A stretch of DNA of 64,000 nucleotides, taken from assembly GCA_037147175.1 (NCBI GenBank), contig JBAWVS010000001.1:43680-107679 (forward strand), in the 5' to 3' direction. This DNA is from a bacterium (GTDB lineage: Bacteria > Cyanobacteriota > Vampirovibrionia > Gastranaerophilales > UBA9971). A model generated the notes under the pieces. That model saw nothing but the letters and a program-made list of their open reading frames with translations, searched no databases and was not told the origin of the DNA. Made by a program: the position numbers and the translations under genes. Shown in pieces: positions 46,052-55,112 of this stretch (within the stretch, counting starts at the first letter, position 1; every line of letters starts with the position of its first letter).

Positions 46052-46747
46052 TTACCGGTATTTGGTTTTAATTTCGTCGCTTACAACGTATCCGTCTTTA
46101 AATCTTATAATTCTTTTCGAATATTCGGCAATTTCTGGCTCATGAGTTACCAGAATTATGGTTTTTTTTGATTCCTTATTAAGTTTAACAAACAGTTCCA
46201 TTATTTCACAGCTTGTTTTTGTGTCCAAGTTTCCTGTGGGTTCATCTGCCATAATTATAGGCGCATCATTAACTATAGCCCTTGCTATTGCCACTCTTTG
46301 TTGCTGCCCGCCGGAAAGCTGATTAGGTGTATGATGAATCCGTCCTTCAAGACCTACTGTTTTAAGGGCTTCTGTTGTTTTAATTTTTCTTTCAAATAAA
46401 GATTTGCCGCTGTATATCATAGGCAGTTCAACATTTTCCATTGCAGAAGTCCTCGGCACAAGGTTAAAACCCTGAAAAACAAACCCTATCTTTTCGTTTC
46501 TGATGCTTGCAAGTTCATCTCTCTTTAAATTGCTTATATTTATGCCGTCAAGCAGGTATTTTCCTTCTGTAGGTTTGTCAAGGCAGCCGATAATATTCAT
46601 AAAAGTTGACTTGCCTGAGCCGGATTGTCCCATTATTGAAACAAAATCGCCTGCTTCAATAGATAATGAAACATCTTGAAGCGCATTAACCTCAACATCG
46701 CCCATTATATAGGTTTTTCTAAGCTGACTTGTACTTATAAGTGACAT
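46052..46747 (-). CDS. MacB/LolD-type ABC transporter ATP-binding protein
   Basis: Walker A GQSGSGKST, signature LSGGQQQR, Walker B IIMADEPTGNLD. Confidence 0.95.
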   Translation of the reverse strand: MSLISTSQLRKTYIMGDVEVNALQDVSLSIEAGDFVSIMGQSGSGKSTFMNIIGCLDKPTEGKYLLDGINISNLKRDELASIRNEKIGFVFQGFNLVPRTSAMENVELPMIYSGKSLFERKIKTTEALKTVGLEGRIHHTPNQLSGGQQQRVAIARAIVNDAPIIMADEPTGNLDTKTSCEIMELFVKLNKESKKTIILVTHEPEIAEYSKRIIRFKDGYVVSDEIKTKYR

Positions 46748-46748
46748 A

Positions 46749-47912
46749 CTACCGCATTCCCATTCCCATTCCCTGAGGTCTGCTTTTTTGCCCTTTTGCT
46801 TTATCTATTTCGTGTATAATCACTTCTTGACCTTCATGGAGCTTTCCTGAAACTATTTCAATGTTTTCTCCGTCGCTGATGCCTGTTTTTATTTTAATTC
46901 TTTCAGGTTCTTTATTTTTTAATATCCAGATTCCTTGATCTTTATATTTAGGGGCATCCTCGTCAGTATTTGGAGTAAATCTCAAGCCTGCATTAGGAAT
47001 CATCAATATATTTTTCTTTTTAGAACTAATTATAGACACATTTGCGGTCATACCCGGTTTAAGTTTCAGGTCTTTGTTATCTACATTTACGACAACATCG
47101 TAGGTAACAACGTTTTGGACAGTTGTCGGAGTGATTCTTATTTGCTTTACCTTTCCTTTAAAAGTCATATCGGGATACCCGTCGAGAGTATATTCAACAT
47201 CCTGATTGAGTTGAACTTTGCCTATATCCGCTTCTGCCACGTTTGTGTCAATCTGCATTTTTGTTAAATCTTGTGCTACAAGGAATAATGTCGGAGTTTG
47301 AAAGCTTGCTGCCACAGTTTGACCGACATCTACGTTTCTTGTAATAACTATACCGTTAACAGGTGAGATGATTCTTGTATATCTTAAATTTGTCTGATTG
47401 TTTCTTAATGCCGCGGAAGCCTGTGCGATTTGCGCCTGTGCTGAAGCTATCTGAGCTTTGTCGGAATTATAAGTTGTTTCCGCCAGATCAACCTCGCTTT
47501 TGGAGATAAAATTTCTTTCATACAGCGATTTATTGCGATTATAAGTTTTTTCATCGTTTATTAAAATACTTTTTATCTTTTGAAGATTTGCCTGAGCATT
47601 GTATACATTTGCGCTTCCTTGAGCCACCTGGGCTTCAAAGATAGACGGATCAATCTGAGCCAGCAGCTGACCCTTTTTTACGGGAGAATTAAAGTCTACA
47701 TACAAGTCTTTAATGGTTCCTGAAACCTGGGTTCCAACGCTGATGCTGGTTACGGGATTTACTGTTCCTGATGCGGTAATTGATTCAATTATATCTCCTT
47801 TAGCAACAGGTTCTGTTTTGTATTTTACAGGGCTTTTTGTTCCTTTAATTATAAAAATCGACAGAGAAACAATTGATATTAAAACGATTATGCTGATAAT
47901 TATTTTTTTCAT
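46749..47912 (-). CDS. MacA-type periplasmic adaptor (HlyD/MFP family)
   Basis: Single N-terminal TM, long coiled coil, IISPVNGIVITRNVDVGQTV. C-terminal GMGMGMR tail. Confidence 0.85.
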   Translation of the reverse strand: MKKIIISIIVLISIVSLSIFIIKGTKSPVKYKTEPVAKGDIIESITASGTVNPVTSISVGTQVSGTIKDLYVDFNSPVKKGQLLAQIDPSIFEAQVAQGSANVYNAQANLQKIKSILINDEKTYNRNKSLYERNFISKSEVDLAETTYNSDKAQIASAQAQIAQASAALRNNQTNLRYTRIISPVNGIVITRNVDVGQTVAASFQTPTLFLVAQDLTKMQIDTNVAEADIGKVQLNQDVEYTLDGYPDMTFKGKVKQIRITPTTVQNVVTYDVVVNVDNKDLKLKPGMTANVSIISSKKKNILMIPNAGLRFTPNTDEDAPKYKDQGIWILKNKEPERIKIKTGISDGENIEIVSGKLHEGQEVIIHEIDKAKGQKSRPQGMGMGMR

Positions 47913-49423
47913 TTTACCCCCATTGCATTTTCAAGGTTTATGTATGCTGTATTATAATCATAAAAAGCTTCTACATAAGATAATTGAGCATTATTGTAAC
48001 TTATTTCCGCATCATTAACTTCTATAGAACTTCCAACACCCACTTTATACCTTCCGTTAGCCAAATCAAAGTTTTCCTTTGCCTGTTTAACTGTTAATTC
48101 TGTAATAGGTATTCTTTTTTCCGCTTCCGTAAGACTTATATATGCCTGTTTAACCTGTAAATATATATTCTGTTTAAGTATTTCAATGTTTAATTTTGCA
48201 ATATCCAGATTTGTTCTGGCTTCAGCTACTTGATTTTTTGTTAAAAGCCCGTTAAAAACAGGAATATCAACATTTGCGCCGAAAGACCAGCCGTTATCAA
48301 GAGGAAATTTCTGACCGCCGATGCCATAATTTGCATAACCTGTTAAAGCAGGGTAATAGTCTTTCTGAGCAAGTTTTATTGATTCGTTTGCTATGGTTTC
48401 TTTTGTTATTAAAGATTTTAAATCATAGCGATTCTCAAAAGACTTTTTAAGAGCTTCTTCGAGAGTTATATCGAATTTTTTAAAAGAAAGATCGCTGATA
48501 ATACTGTGTTTTTCAACTGCTGATTTTAAAACAGTACCTTTAGCTGCTGATTCTATGTTGTTTTTGGCTTTATATGCTATTTTTATATCTTTATTTGTTA
48601 TGTTTTGGGGTCTATTAAAAGTAATAGTGTCTGCAACATCATATTCCGGAGCATCAAATATTCCCATTGCGTTGTTTAAAGCGGCTATTGCTGTTTTGTA
48701 CGAATCTGTTGCTTTGATATAATTTAATTTTGCATTGCTAAGATTGACTTCTGCTGTTGTTACGTCAATTTTTGACCTGATTCCTATTTCAAAAAAAGCA
48801 TTTGCCTGTTTTAAATGTTTTTCGTACTGATTAATAGACTGTTCAAAGATATCCCTGTTTATTTTTGATAAAAGTGCGGAATAATAAGCCTGTTTGACAT
48901 TATATGCTATTTGGACTGTTTTATCTTCAACATCAGAGGTAGCCGCATTTAAATTCAATTTTTGAATGTTAGTTTTTGTAGGTGTTTTCCCAAAATCATA
49001 AATAAGTTGATTTACGCTTATGTTACCGGAATACTGGTTGCTGTTTTTGTCAATTGGTGAACTTGTAATGGCATTTTGTCTGCCATAACCTGATGATACA
49101 TTTAATTGAGGGAAATAATTTGATTTTGCTTGACCTATTTTACTTTGATAAATTTTTGTTGTGCTCTTGGCAAGATCGATATTAGGATTATTTTGGAAAG
49201 CTATATCAAGACAGCGTTCTAAAGTAAGGACTTCATTTTTTTTTATGGTGAGATTTGTTGTTTCTTTAGCAGGGGAGATAGCCTGATTTTCGTGTGCTTT
49301 CCCTGATGCTGATTTGGAAAGCTGTAAATTGTTTTCTGCCAATGCTTGAAAATTCAGGACAAAAATCGATGAAATGCTTAAAAATGTTATTATGACTTTA
49401 TTCACGAAAAATTTATATCTCAT
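47909..49423 (-). CDS. TolC-family outer-membrane factor
   Basis: 504 aa with signal peptide and two OEP repeats. 4-nt overlap with the macA-like gene. Confidence 0.85.
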   Translation of the reverse strand: MRYKFFVNKVIITFLSISSIFVLNFQALAENNLQLSKSASGKAHENQAISPAKETTNLTIKKNEVLTLERCLDIAFQNNPNIDLAKSTTKIYQSKIGQAKSNYFPQLNVSSGYGRQNAITSSPIDKNSNQYSGNISVNQLIYDFGKTPTKTNIQKLNLNAATSDVEDKTVQIAYNVKQAYYSALLSKINRDIFEQSINQYEKHLKQANAFFEIGIRSKIDVTTAEVNLSNAKLNYIKATDSYKTAIAALNNAMGIFDAPEYDVADTITFNRPQNITNKDIKIAYKAKNNIESAAKGTVLKSAVEKHSIISDLSFKKFDITLEEALKKSFENRYDLKSLITKETIANESIKLAQKDYYPALTGYANYGIGGQKFPLDNGWSFGANVDIPVFNGLLTKNQVAEARTNLDIAKLNIEILKQNIYLQVKQAYISLTEAEKRIPITELTVKQAKENFDLANGRYKVGVGSSIEVNDAEISYNNAQLSYVEAFYDYNTAYINLENAMGVK

Positions 49424-49527
49424 TTTAATTAGCCAATAAATTAATTTTAGTACAAATCCATAATAATAACGAAATCAAAATTTTTAAAGTTCATTTATTT
49501 ACGAAAATATTGCTCATAAAGAATCAA

Positions 49528-49543
49528 TGTTATTATAATAACA
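49528..49543. promoter_or_regulatory. 16-bp perfect palindrome TGTTATTATAATAACA upstream of the six-gene efflux operon; candidate operator
   Basis: Verified by eye as its own reverse complement. Extra half-sites TAATAACA at 49551-49558 and TAATAATAACG near 49461. Lies 105 nt upstream of the tolC-like start. Confidence 0.4.
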
Positions 49544-49670
49544 ATTACCATAATAACATTGTTTTTATGGACTTACAAGAAAAAATTTCAAAACTATAAG
49601 ACTTGTAATTATTTCAAGAGAAGAAACCGCTGAGTTGCTTTCAGTGTTTAGGAAATGGATGAAATTAAAT

Positions 49671-49701
49671 ATGCCTCTATTATCCTGTCTAATAGAGGCA
49701 T
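49671..49701 (-). terminator. Rho-independent terminator after the glycoside hydrolase gene
   Basis: 12-bp stem ATGCCTCTATTA-tcctgtc-TAATAGAGGCAT, followed on the minus strand by ATTTAATTT. Confidence 0.65.
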
Positions 49702-49726
49702 ATCTTTGAATTAAACTTAATTAAAT

Positions 49727-51871
49727 TTAATTTATAATAACAGGAACGATTGTTGAACCGGTTGATTCACCTGCCGAGTTAAAAGATGTTACTTTGTAAT
49801 AATAAGAGCCTGCAATAGTTTGAGGATGAATTACCATTACTGTGTTTTTGTCGGTTACTCCGGCATTAGTGAAAGGTCCGCTTTCCGAAGTGGCAAAATA
49901 GATTTTAAAGCCCTGTTCATTAATCGAATTATCTGCCCATGACAGAATAACAGCAGGTTTGTTATTTGTATCTTTCAATCCGACTGCTTTTAATTTAGAA
50001 GGATTTGGGGAAATATATTCTTTAACTGTTGTACTTGCTACGTTTGAGCTTTGAGTGGTACCATCGGCAAATTTAGCAACAACTTTATAATAATATGTTC
50101 CATATGGTGGATTTGCTCCTATGGTGTACGTGTTGTTAGCGCTGCCTGTTCCTGCAAAAGTAGCTGTACTGCCGACCAGTTTGAAGTTATTGGTGTCAGT
50201 AACAGATTGATATATATCATACCCTGTTTCATTAGTGGCACTGTCTCTCCAGTTAAGTATTGCCATATACGTACTTGTTGAAGTTATTATCCCTATTTTT
50301 GCAGTTAAACTTGATGGTGGTGCTGTTGTTGCAGGTGTAGTTGTAATATTAGTGTTCACCACATTTGAGGGTTGCGATTTCCCCGCAGTGTTTACCGCTA
50401 AAATTTGATAATAGTAAGCTCCCTGCGTTGGTGTTGCCCCGAGATTTATTCCGGCACCGGTACTATTTTGCGCAGGAGTCGCAATAGTCTGGAAGTTGGT
50501 AGTAGAATTTATTGATTGTTGTACCTCAAAACTGGTTTCATTGCTGGAATTATCAGACCAGCTGAGATTTACAACATAATTTCCTGTTGTGGCTCCTTTT
50601 GTTACACTGGTTACCAGAATATTAGAAGGAGAGGCAGGAATAGTTACTACCGGAGGAGTTGAAGGTGCGTTTTTTACATAAATTGGAGTGCCTGTCAAAT
50701 TAACTGACTGTCCGTAAACAGTAATTGCATGAGCCGTCCCTGTAGTCCATGCTACAGTAGTTTTTGCTCCTGAAGTGTTTGTGTATTCAAAAATGTAATC
50801 AGAAGCAGCAGAAGAGAGTCTTCCTGAATAAGTCATACCTGATAATGTCTGATTAAAAGTTTGAACAGCGGTGTATGCTAATTTTAAACTGTTATCAGCT
50901 TTGACTAAGCCAAAATTGTGTTCAGCATTGGTTGAATCTGTTCCATCATTCTTAAAATCATAAATCATTGAGACAGGAATGCTTTTATAATCGTGATATG
51001 CAAGTTGACGAACCAAATATTGCGCCTCTGTAGTTTCATTTTGTATATTTGACCATGTTGTGCTAAAACCGAATTCTCCGCCGATTATAGGTAAATTTGG
51101 ATTGCTTGGATTATATGTTTTTATTTGATTTCTTATTGTGTCGTATAAATAATCAAGACCTCCGTTGTCAGGAGCAGCATTTTGGTAAGGATGAACGCTT
51201 ATTGCATCTACAAGCCCATACAAGCCTTGTTTTCCGCACCCATCAAGGAAAGAAAATGTATTTGCAGTAAAAGCTACTGCGGGAGCTATAACTATTGCAT
51301 TGGGATCAGCAGCTTTAATTGCAGGAACTGCTGATTTTAGCAGTGTCATATACTGATCGACGCTATTGGAAGGATTCCAAAATGTATCAAGGTTGGGTTC
51401 ATTCCATATTTCCCAGATTATACCTTTTCCTTTATAACGGGCGGCAGCAGCAGCGGCAAAATTGGTGAAACCTTGAACTTGAGCAGGAGTACATATACCG
51501 ACAAGTTCGCTTTGTGCCAGATAGTTAGGATTGTTGTAATCAAGAATAAAATAAGGTCTTATTCCTCTTGATGTTAAATCATTTACCAGCTGGTCAGCGG
51601 CTGCCCAGTTATATTGACCTTTTACATTTTCGACTTGACCCCATTTAAAATCTGTACGCGCTATAGTAAAGCCGGCAGCTTTTACCATATCCAGGTCTTG
51701 TGCAGCGCCGGAATGAATACAAACCCCTATCCCTTTTGGTATCGGTACGGTTGCAAAACTTGCATTTGTACAAAAACCAAAACAAAGAAAAGCTGCGAAA
51801 AGAAATAATAGTAACTTTGATCTCAAAATAATCCTCCTTATTTTAAATTTTAACTTGTCTGTTTTTTTCAA
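49727..51871 (-). CDS. Secreted clan GH-A glycoside hydrolase (GH5/GH39-like) with three C-terminal fibronectin type III repeats
   Basis: Signal peptide. Acid/base motif IWEIWNEPN; nucleophile region IIGGEFG. Three ~100-aa repeats each contain W(S/R/A)D(N/S)..NE.(S/G)(F/Y).(V/I). Confidence 0.8.
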   Translation of the reverse strand: MKKTDKLKFKIRRIILRSKLLLFLFAAFLCFGFCTNASFATVPIPKGIGVCIHSGAAQDLDMVKAAGFTIARTDFKWGQVENVKGQYNWAAADQLVNDLTSRGIRPYFILDYNNPNYLAQSELVGICTPAQVQGFTNFAAAAAARYKGKGIIWEIWNEPNLDTFWNPSNSVDQYMTLLKSAVPAIKAADPNAIVIAPAVAFTANTFSFLDGCGKQGLYGLVDAISVHPYQNAAPDNGGLDYLYDTIRNQIKTYNPSNPNLPIIGGEFGFSTTWSNIQNETTEAQYLVRQLAYHDYKSIPVSMIYDFKNDGTDSTNAEHNFGLVKADNSLKLAYTAVQTFNQTLSGMTYSGRLSSAASDYIFEYTNTSGAKTTVAWTTGTAHAITVYGQSVNLTGTPIYVKNAPSTPPVVTIPASPSNILVTSVTKGATTGNYVVNLSWSDNSSNETSFEVQQSINSTTNFQTIATPAQNSTGAGINLGATPTQGAYYYQILAVNTAGKSQPSNVVNTNITTTPATTAPPSSLTAKIGIITSTSTYMAILNWRDSATNETGYDIYQSVTDTNNFKLVGSTATFAGTGSANNTYTIGANPPYGTYYYKVVAKFADGTTQSSNVASTTVKEYISPNPSKLKAVGLKDTNNKPAVILSWADNSINEQGFKIYFATSESGPFTNAGVTDKNTVMVIHPQTIAGSYYYKVTSFNSAGESTGSTIVPVIIN

Positions 51872-51892
51872 GTAACCTCCACCTCTATATAG

Positions 51893-52072
51893 TTTGAGTT
51901 GCTAAATAAATTAATCGTTCTGTCATTGCGAGGAAGCTCGAAGAGCTGACGCGGCAATCTATTTAGGTTTTAAACAAATATTATAATTCGATAGATTCGC
52001 ACGTTCCTTTTAGTCGCTCAGAATGGCAATGTCAATGTTCATGCTGATTTTCGCTAAACAGCAATTTGAGTT
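51893..52072. repeat. Degenerate full copy of the GTCATTGCGAG palindromic repeat family (MITE/REP-like)
   Basis: TTTGAGTTGCTAAAT...TCTGTCATTGCGAGGAAGC...GCGGCAATCTA ... ATAGATTCGC...CTCAGAATGGCAATGTC...GCAATTTGAGTT. Confidence 0.5.
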
Positions 52073-52218
52073 ATATAATTTTTTGCTAATTACAAACACC
52101 CGACAAAGTTTACTAATTAAAATTCTGGCATATTAATAAATATAAAAAAATTCCAAACCGTATATATGTTTATAAAAACAAATAAACTTTTTGTTACGTA
52201 AGCGTTTGAGGCTGTAAA

Positions 52219-52320
52219 ATTTGTTTTAACATTTCTTCATAATGTCCAATCAGGCAATATTTTTATACATTGTCGGGTAATTTACCAATAAGTTTTTTTT
52301 AGTGTCCAATTAAATAATTC
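52219..52320 (+). promoter_or_regulatory. Duplicated ~100-nt leader/promoter element, copy A
   Basis: About 88% identical by eye to 53351..53452. Contains GTCCAAT twice and the palindrome GGTAATTTACC. Ends about 26 nt before the acyltransferase ATG. Confidence 0.5.
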
Positions 52321-52346
52321 AACAAAAAATAAAAGGAAGTTAATGA

Positions 52347-53345
52347 ATGAAGAGCAGGTTGCATTGGGTTGATTTTGCAAAAGGGCTGGGAATAATTCTG
52401 GTAGTCTACGGGCATGTTCTCAGAGGATTGAATTCTGCTAATCTTTGCAACGGTCTTTTTTTTAAAGTATCGGATAATTTGATTTATGGTTTTCATATGC
52501 CTTTATTTTTCTTTTTATCAGGCATTTTTACAGAAAAGTGGGTATTAAAAGATTTTAAAAACGCTTTTTCGGATAAACTAAAATTTTTAGTTTATCCGTA
52601 TTTTGTTTGGTCGCTCTTGCAGGGGAGCTTCAATGTTTTATTATCAAAATATACAAACAATGCAATTACTTGGGGGACTTTGTTAAACATATTTTATCAG
52701 CCCATTGGGCAATTCTGGTTTTTATATGCATTATTTTTTGTCTTTTTTATCTATTACTTATTGAGAAAAAAGTTTAACTTAATCCAAATTTTTATGTTTT
52801 CACTGGGTTTTTATTTTATTTCTCCGTTTACAAGAGTGCAAATATTAGGAAATATTTTTAAAAATTTCCTCTTTTTTGTATTTGGCATTTTGTACGTAAC
52901 AAAATTGGATTATAAAATTGTTATTTCCAAATTATCTGAAATAAGACCGCTAATTATAACCTCTTGCCTGTTCATTTTAGCTAATATATTTTATCTGTCG
53001 GTTTATTCTGTATTAGGTCCTATAAAACTAAAATTAGTGCAGATTCCAATTGCATTGATAGGGATTTTGTTTGTTTTATCAATATCTTCGCATCTTGAAA
53101 AACTCAAAAGCTTTAATTTCTTTAAATATTTAGGGATGTTGTCAGTTGTAATATATGTTGCTCATATATTAATAACTGCTTCAACAAGAATATTTCTTAT
53201 GAAGTTTCTGCATATTAGTAATTTATATATTCATATTGCAGTAGGAACTACAGTTGGTGTGATTTTGCCTGTTGTTTTTTATGCTCTCATAAAAAAATTT
53301 CAAATGGTCCATGTTTTATTCGGTAAAAATATAGAGAAAGCATAA
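52347..53345 (+). CDS. Acyltransferase family 3 membrane O-acyltransferase
   Basis: 332 aa, about 10 TM. N-terminal RLHWVDFAKGLGIILVVYGH and HMPLFFFLSG motifs. Confidence 0.85.
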   Translation: MKSRLHWVDFAKGLGIILVVYGHVLRGLNSANLCNGLFFKVSDNLIYGFHMPLFFFLSGIFTEKWVLKDFKNAFSDKLKFLVYPYFVWSLLQGSFNVLLSKYTNNAITWGTLLNIFYQPIGQFWFLYALFFVFFIYYLLRKKFNLIQIFMFSLGFYFISPFTRVQILGNIFKNFLFFVFGILYVTKLDYKIVISKLSEIRPLIITSCLFILANIFYLSVYSVLGPIKLKLVQIPIALIGILFVLSISSHLEKLKSFNFFKYLGMLSVVIYVAHILITASTRIFLMKFLHISNLYIHIAVGTTVGVILPVVFYALIKKFQMVHVLFGKNIEKA

Positions 53346-53350
53346 AAAAG

Positions 53351-53452
53351 ATTTGCTTTAACATTTCTTCAGAATGTCCAATCAGGCAATATTTTTATGC
53401 ATTGCAGGGTAATTTACCAATGAGGTTCTTTTAGTGTCCAATTAAATAATTC
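53351..53452 (+). promoter_or_regulatory. Duplicated ~100-nt leader/promoter element, copy B
   Basis: See copy A. Ends about 31 nt before the ATG at 53484. Confidence 0.5.
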
Positions 53453-53483
53453 TGTAACGATAAAAAAATAAAGAAGGGTATCA

Positions 53484-55106
53484 ATGAAAATTGCTGTTTT
53501 GATAGATTCTTTTAAATTGCCTAGTTGGAAATCTAAAATTATAGAGGACTTATATAACAATGAATCTACAGAAGTATATTTGATTGAGTTAAAATACAGT
53601 CCCATACAAAAACTCTTTAATTTTTTAAAAAAGTTTAACTGCATTTTATTTTATTTTTATGAAAGCCTGGATTATCTGGTTTTTAGCAAGAGCAATAAAT
53701 TTAAGGAAATAAAAGACCAAAAAGATGCATTACAAAAAATCAATATAAAAAACCCGAAATATAAAACAATTAGAATTGAATTTAGGAAAAACAAACTGCT
53801 TTGCATTCATAACTGTCCTCATAAAGAAGAGTTGGATTTTGATTTGATTGTAGATTTGACTAAAACATTAACAAAAGATTTTTATGAAAATTTTATTGCG
53901 CTTTCAAAAAAAGGAATTTGTTTTTTTGAATTAGGTGAACAATCTGACTCATTTGTTCATTTTTTCAAAGAAATTTATTTTAACATTCCGACAATAAATG
54001 TTTGTTTAAGCATTACTGATGGAAAATATAAAAAAACTTTGTATGAATCTTGTTCTGAAACATTCAATATTTCTTTTTACTTAAACAGTAATAAAAACCT
54101 GTGGAAAATATCGAATTTTATAAAGAGAAAAATTGATAAAATCAATGATTTTTCTCTTTCTGATTTTAATTCCGATGACAAATGTTTTCGATATGATATC
54201 AAAGTTCCGTCAAACGGTTTAATGCTTAAATTTATCTCTAAAATTTTAAAAAACATATTAAAAACTAAATTATTAAATTCAAAATTCAAAAGCCAGTGGT
54301 TTTTAGCCTATGAAAAGACAAATCCGGAAATAGATTTAATAAATGAAGATAAATCAAATTTTAAAATTATAGCTCCACCTGATGATAAATTTTTTGCTGA
54401 CCCTTTTATAGTTAATGAGAACAATAAAAGTTATGTGTTTTTTGAAGAATATTGTTATTTAAAACAAAAGGGAATGATTTCCTATTTGGAAATAGACGAA
54501 AATGAAAAGATTTCATCTCCTCAGGTTATTCTTGAAAAGGATTATCATATTTCTTATCCTTTTGTTTATAAACATGAAAACAAGTATTATATGATACCCG
54601 AAACACTTGCTAACAAGACAATAGAGTTGTATGAAGCAACAGATTTTCCTGAAAAATGGGAATTAAAGAAAGTTTTGTTTGACAATATCAATGCCGTAGA
54701 CAGCTCTCTGGTATTTTATAATCAAAAATTCTGGTTATTTACTAATGTATCAACAAGAGGAGCTGCTTTAGCAGATGAGCTTTTTATTTTTTATTCAGAG
54801 TCTCTTTTGGGAGAATGGCAAGCGCATTCTAAAAATCCGGTTGTCTCAAATTCAAAAACGGCAAGATCTGCCGGAAAATTTTTCTTTAACAAAGGCAGAC
54901 TTATAAGACCCAGTCAGGAAAGTTCCTTGCGTTACGGCTATGCTTTAAATTTTAACAATGTGGATATTCTTACAGAAAATGATTATCAGGAAACCTTGAT
55001 AAAAAACATAAAGCCCGAATTTATTGATGATAACCTCGCGATACATACTTTTAACAGTAACAATATTTATAACTTTATAGACGGAATGAGACTTATAAAA
55101 AAATAA
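53484..55106 (+). CDS. Hypothetical polysaccharide-locus protein; C-terminal half resembles the bacterial GINT1-like (glucosamine inositolphosphorylceramide transferase-like) beta-propeller family
   Basis: 540 aa. FADPFIV..., ISYPFVY..YYMIPE, VDSSLVFYNQKFWLFTN are recalled family blocks. The functional call is weak. Confidence 0.45.
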   Translation: MKIAVLIDSFKLPSWKSKIIEDLYNNESTEVYLIELKYSPIQKLFNFLKKFNCILFYFYESLDYLVFSKSNKFKEIKDQKDALQKINIKNPKYKTIRIEFRKNKLLCIHNCPHKEELDFDLIVDLTKTLTKDFYENFIALSKKGICFFELGEQSDSFVHFFKEIYFNIPTINVCLSITDGKYKKTLYESCSETFNISFYLNSNKNLWKISNFIKRKIDKINDFSLSDFNSDDKCFRYDIKVPSNGLMLKFISKILKNILKTKLLNSKFKSQWFLAYEKTNPEIDLINEDKSNFKIIAPPDDKFFADPFIVNENNKSYVFFEEYCYLKQKGMISYLEIDENEKISSPQVILEKDYHISYPFVYKHENKYYMIPETLANKTIELYEATDFPEKWELKKVLFDNINAVDSSLVFYNQKFWLFTNVSTRGAALADELFIFYSESLLGEWQAHSKNPVVSNSKTARSAGKFFFNKGRLIRPSQESSLRYGYALNFNNVDILTENDYQETLIKNIKPEFIDDNLAIHTFNSNNIYNFIDGMRLIKK

Positions 55107-55112
55107 GGGAGA

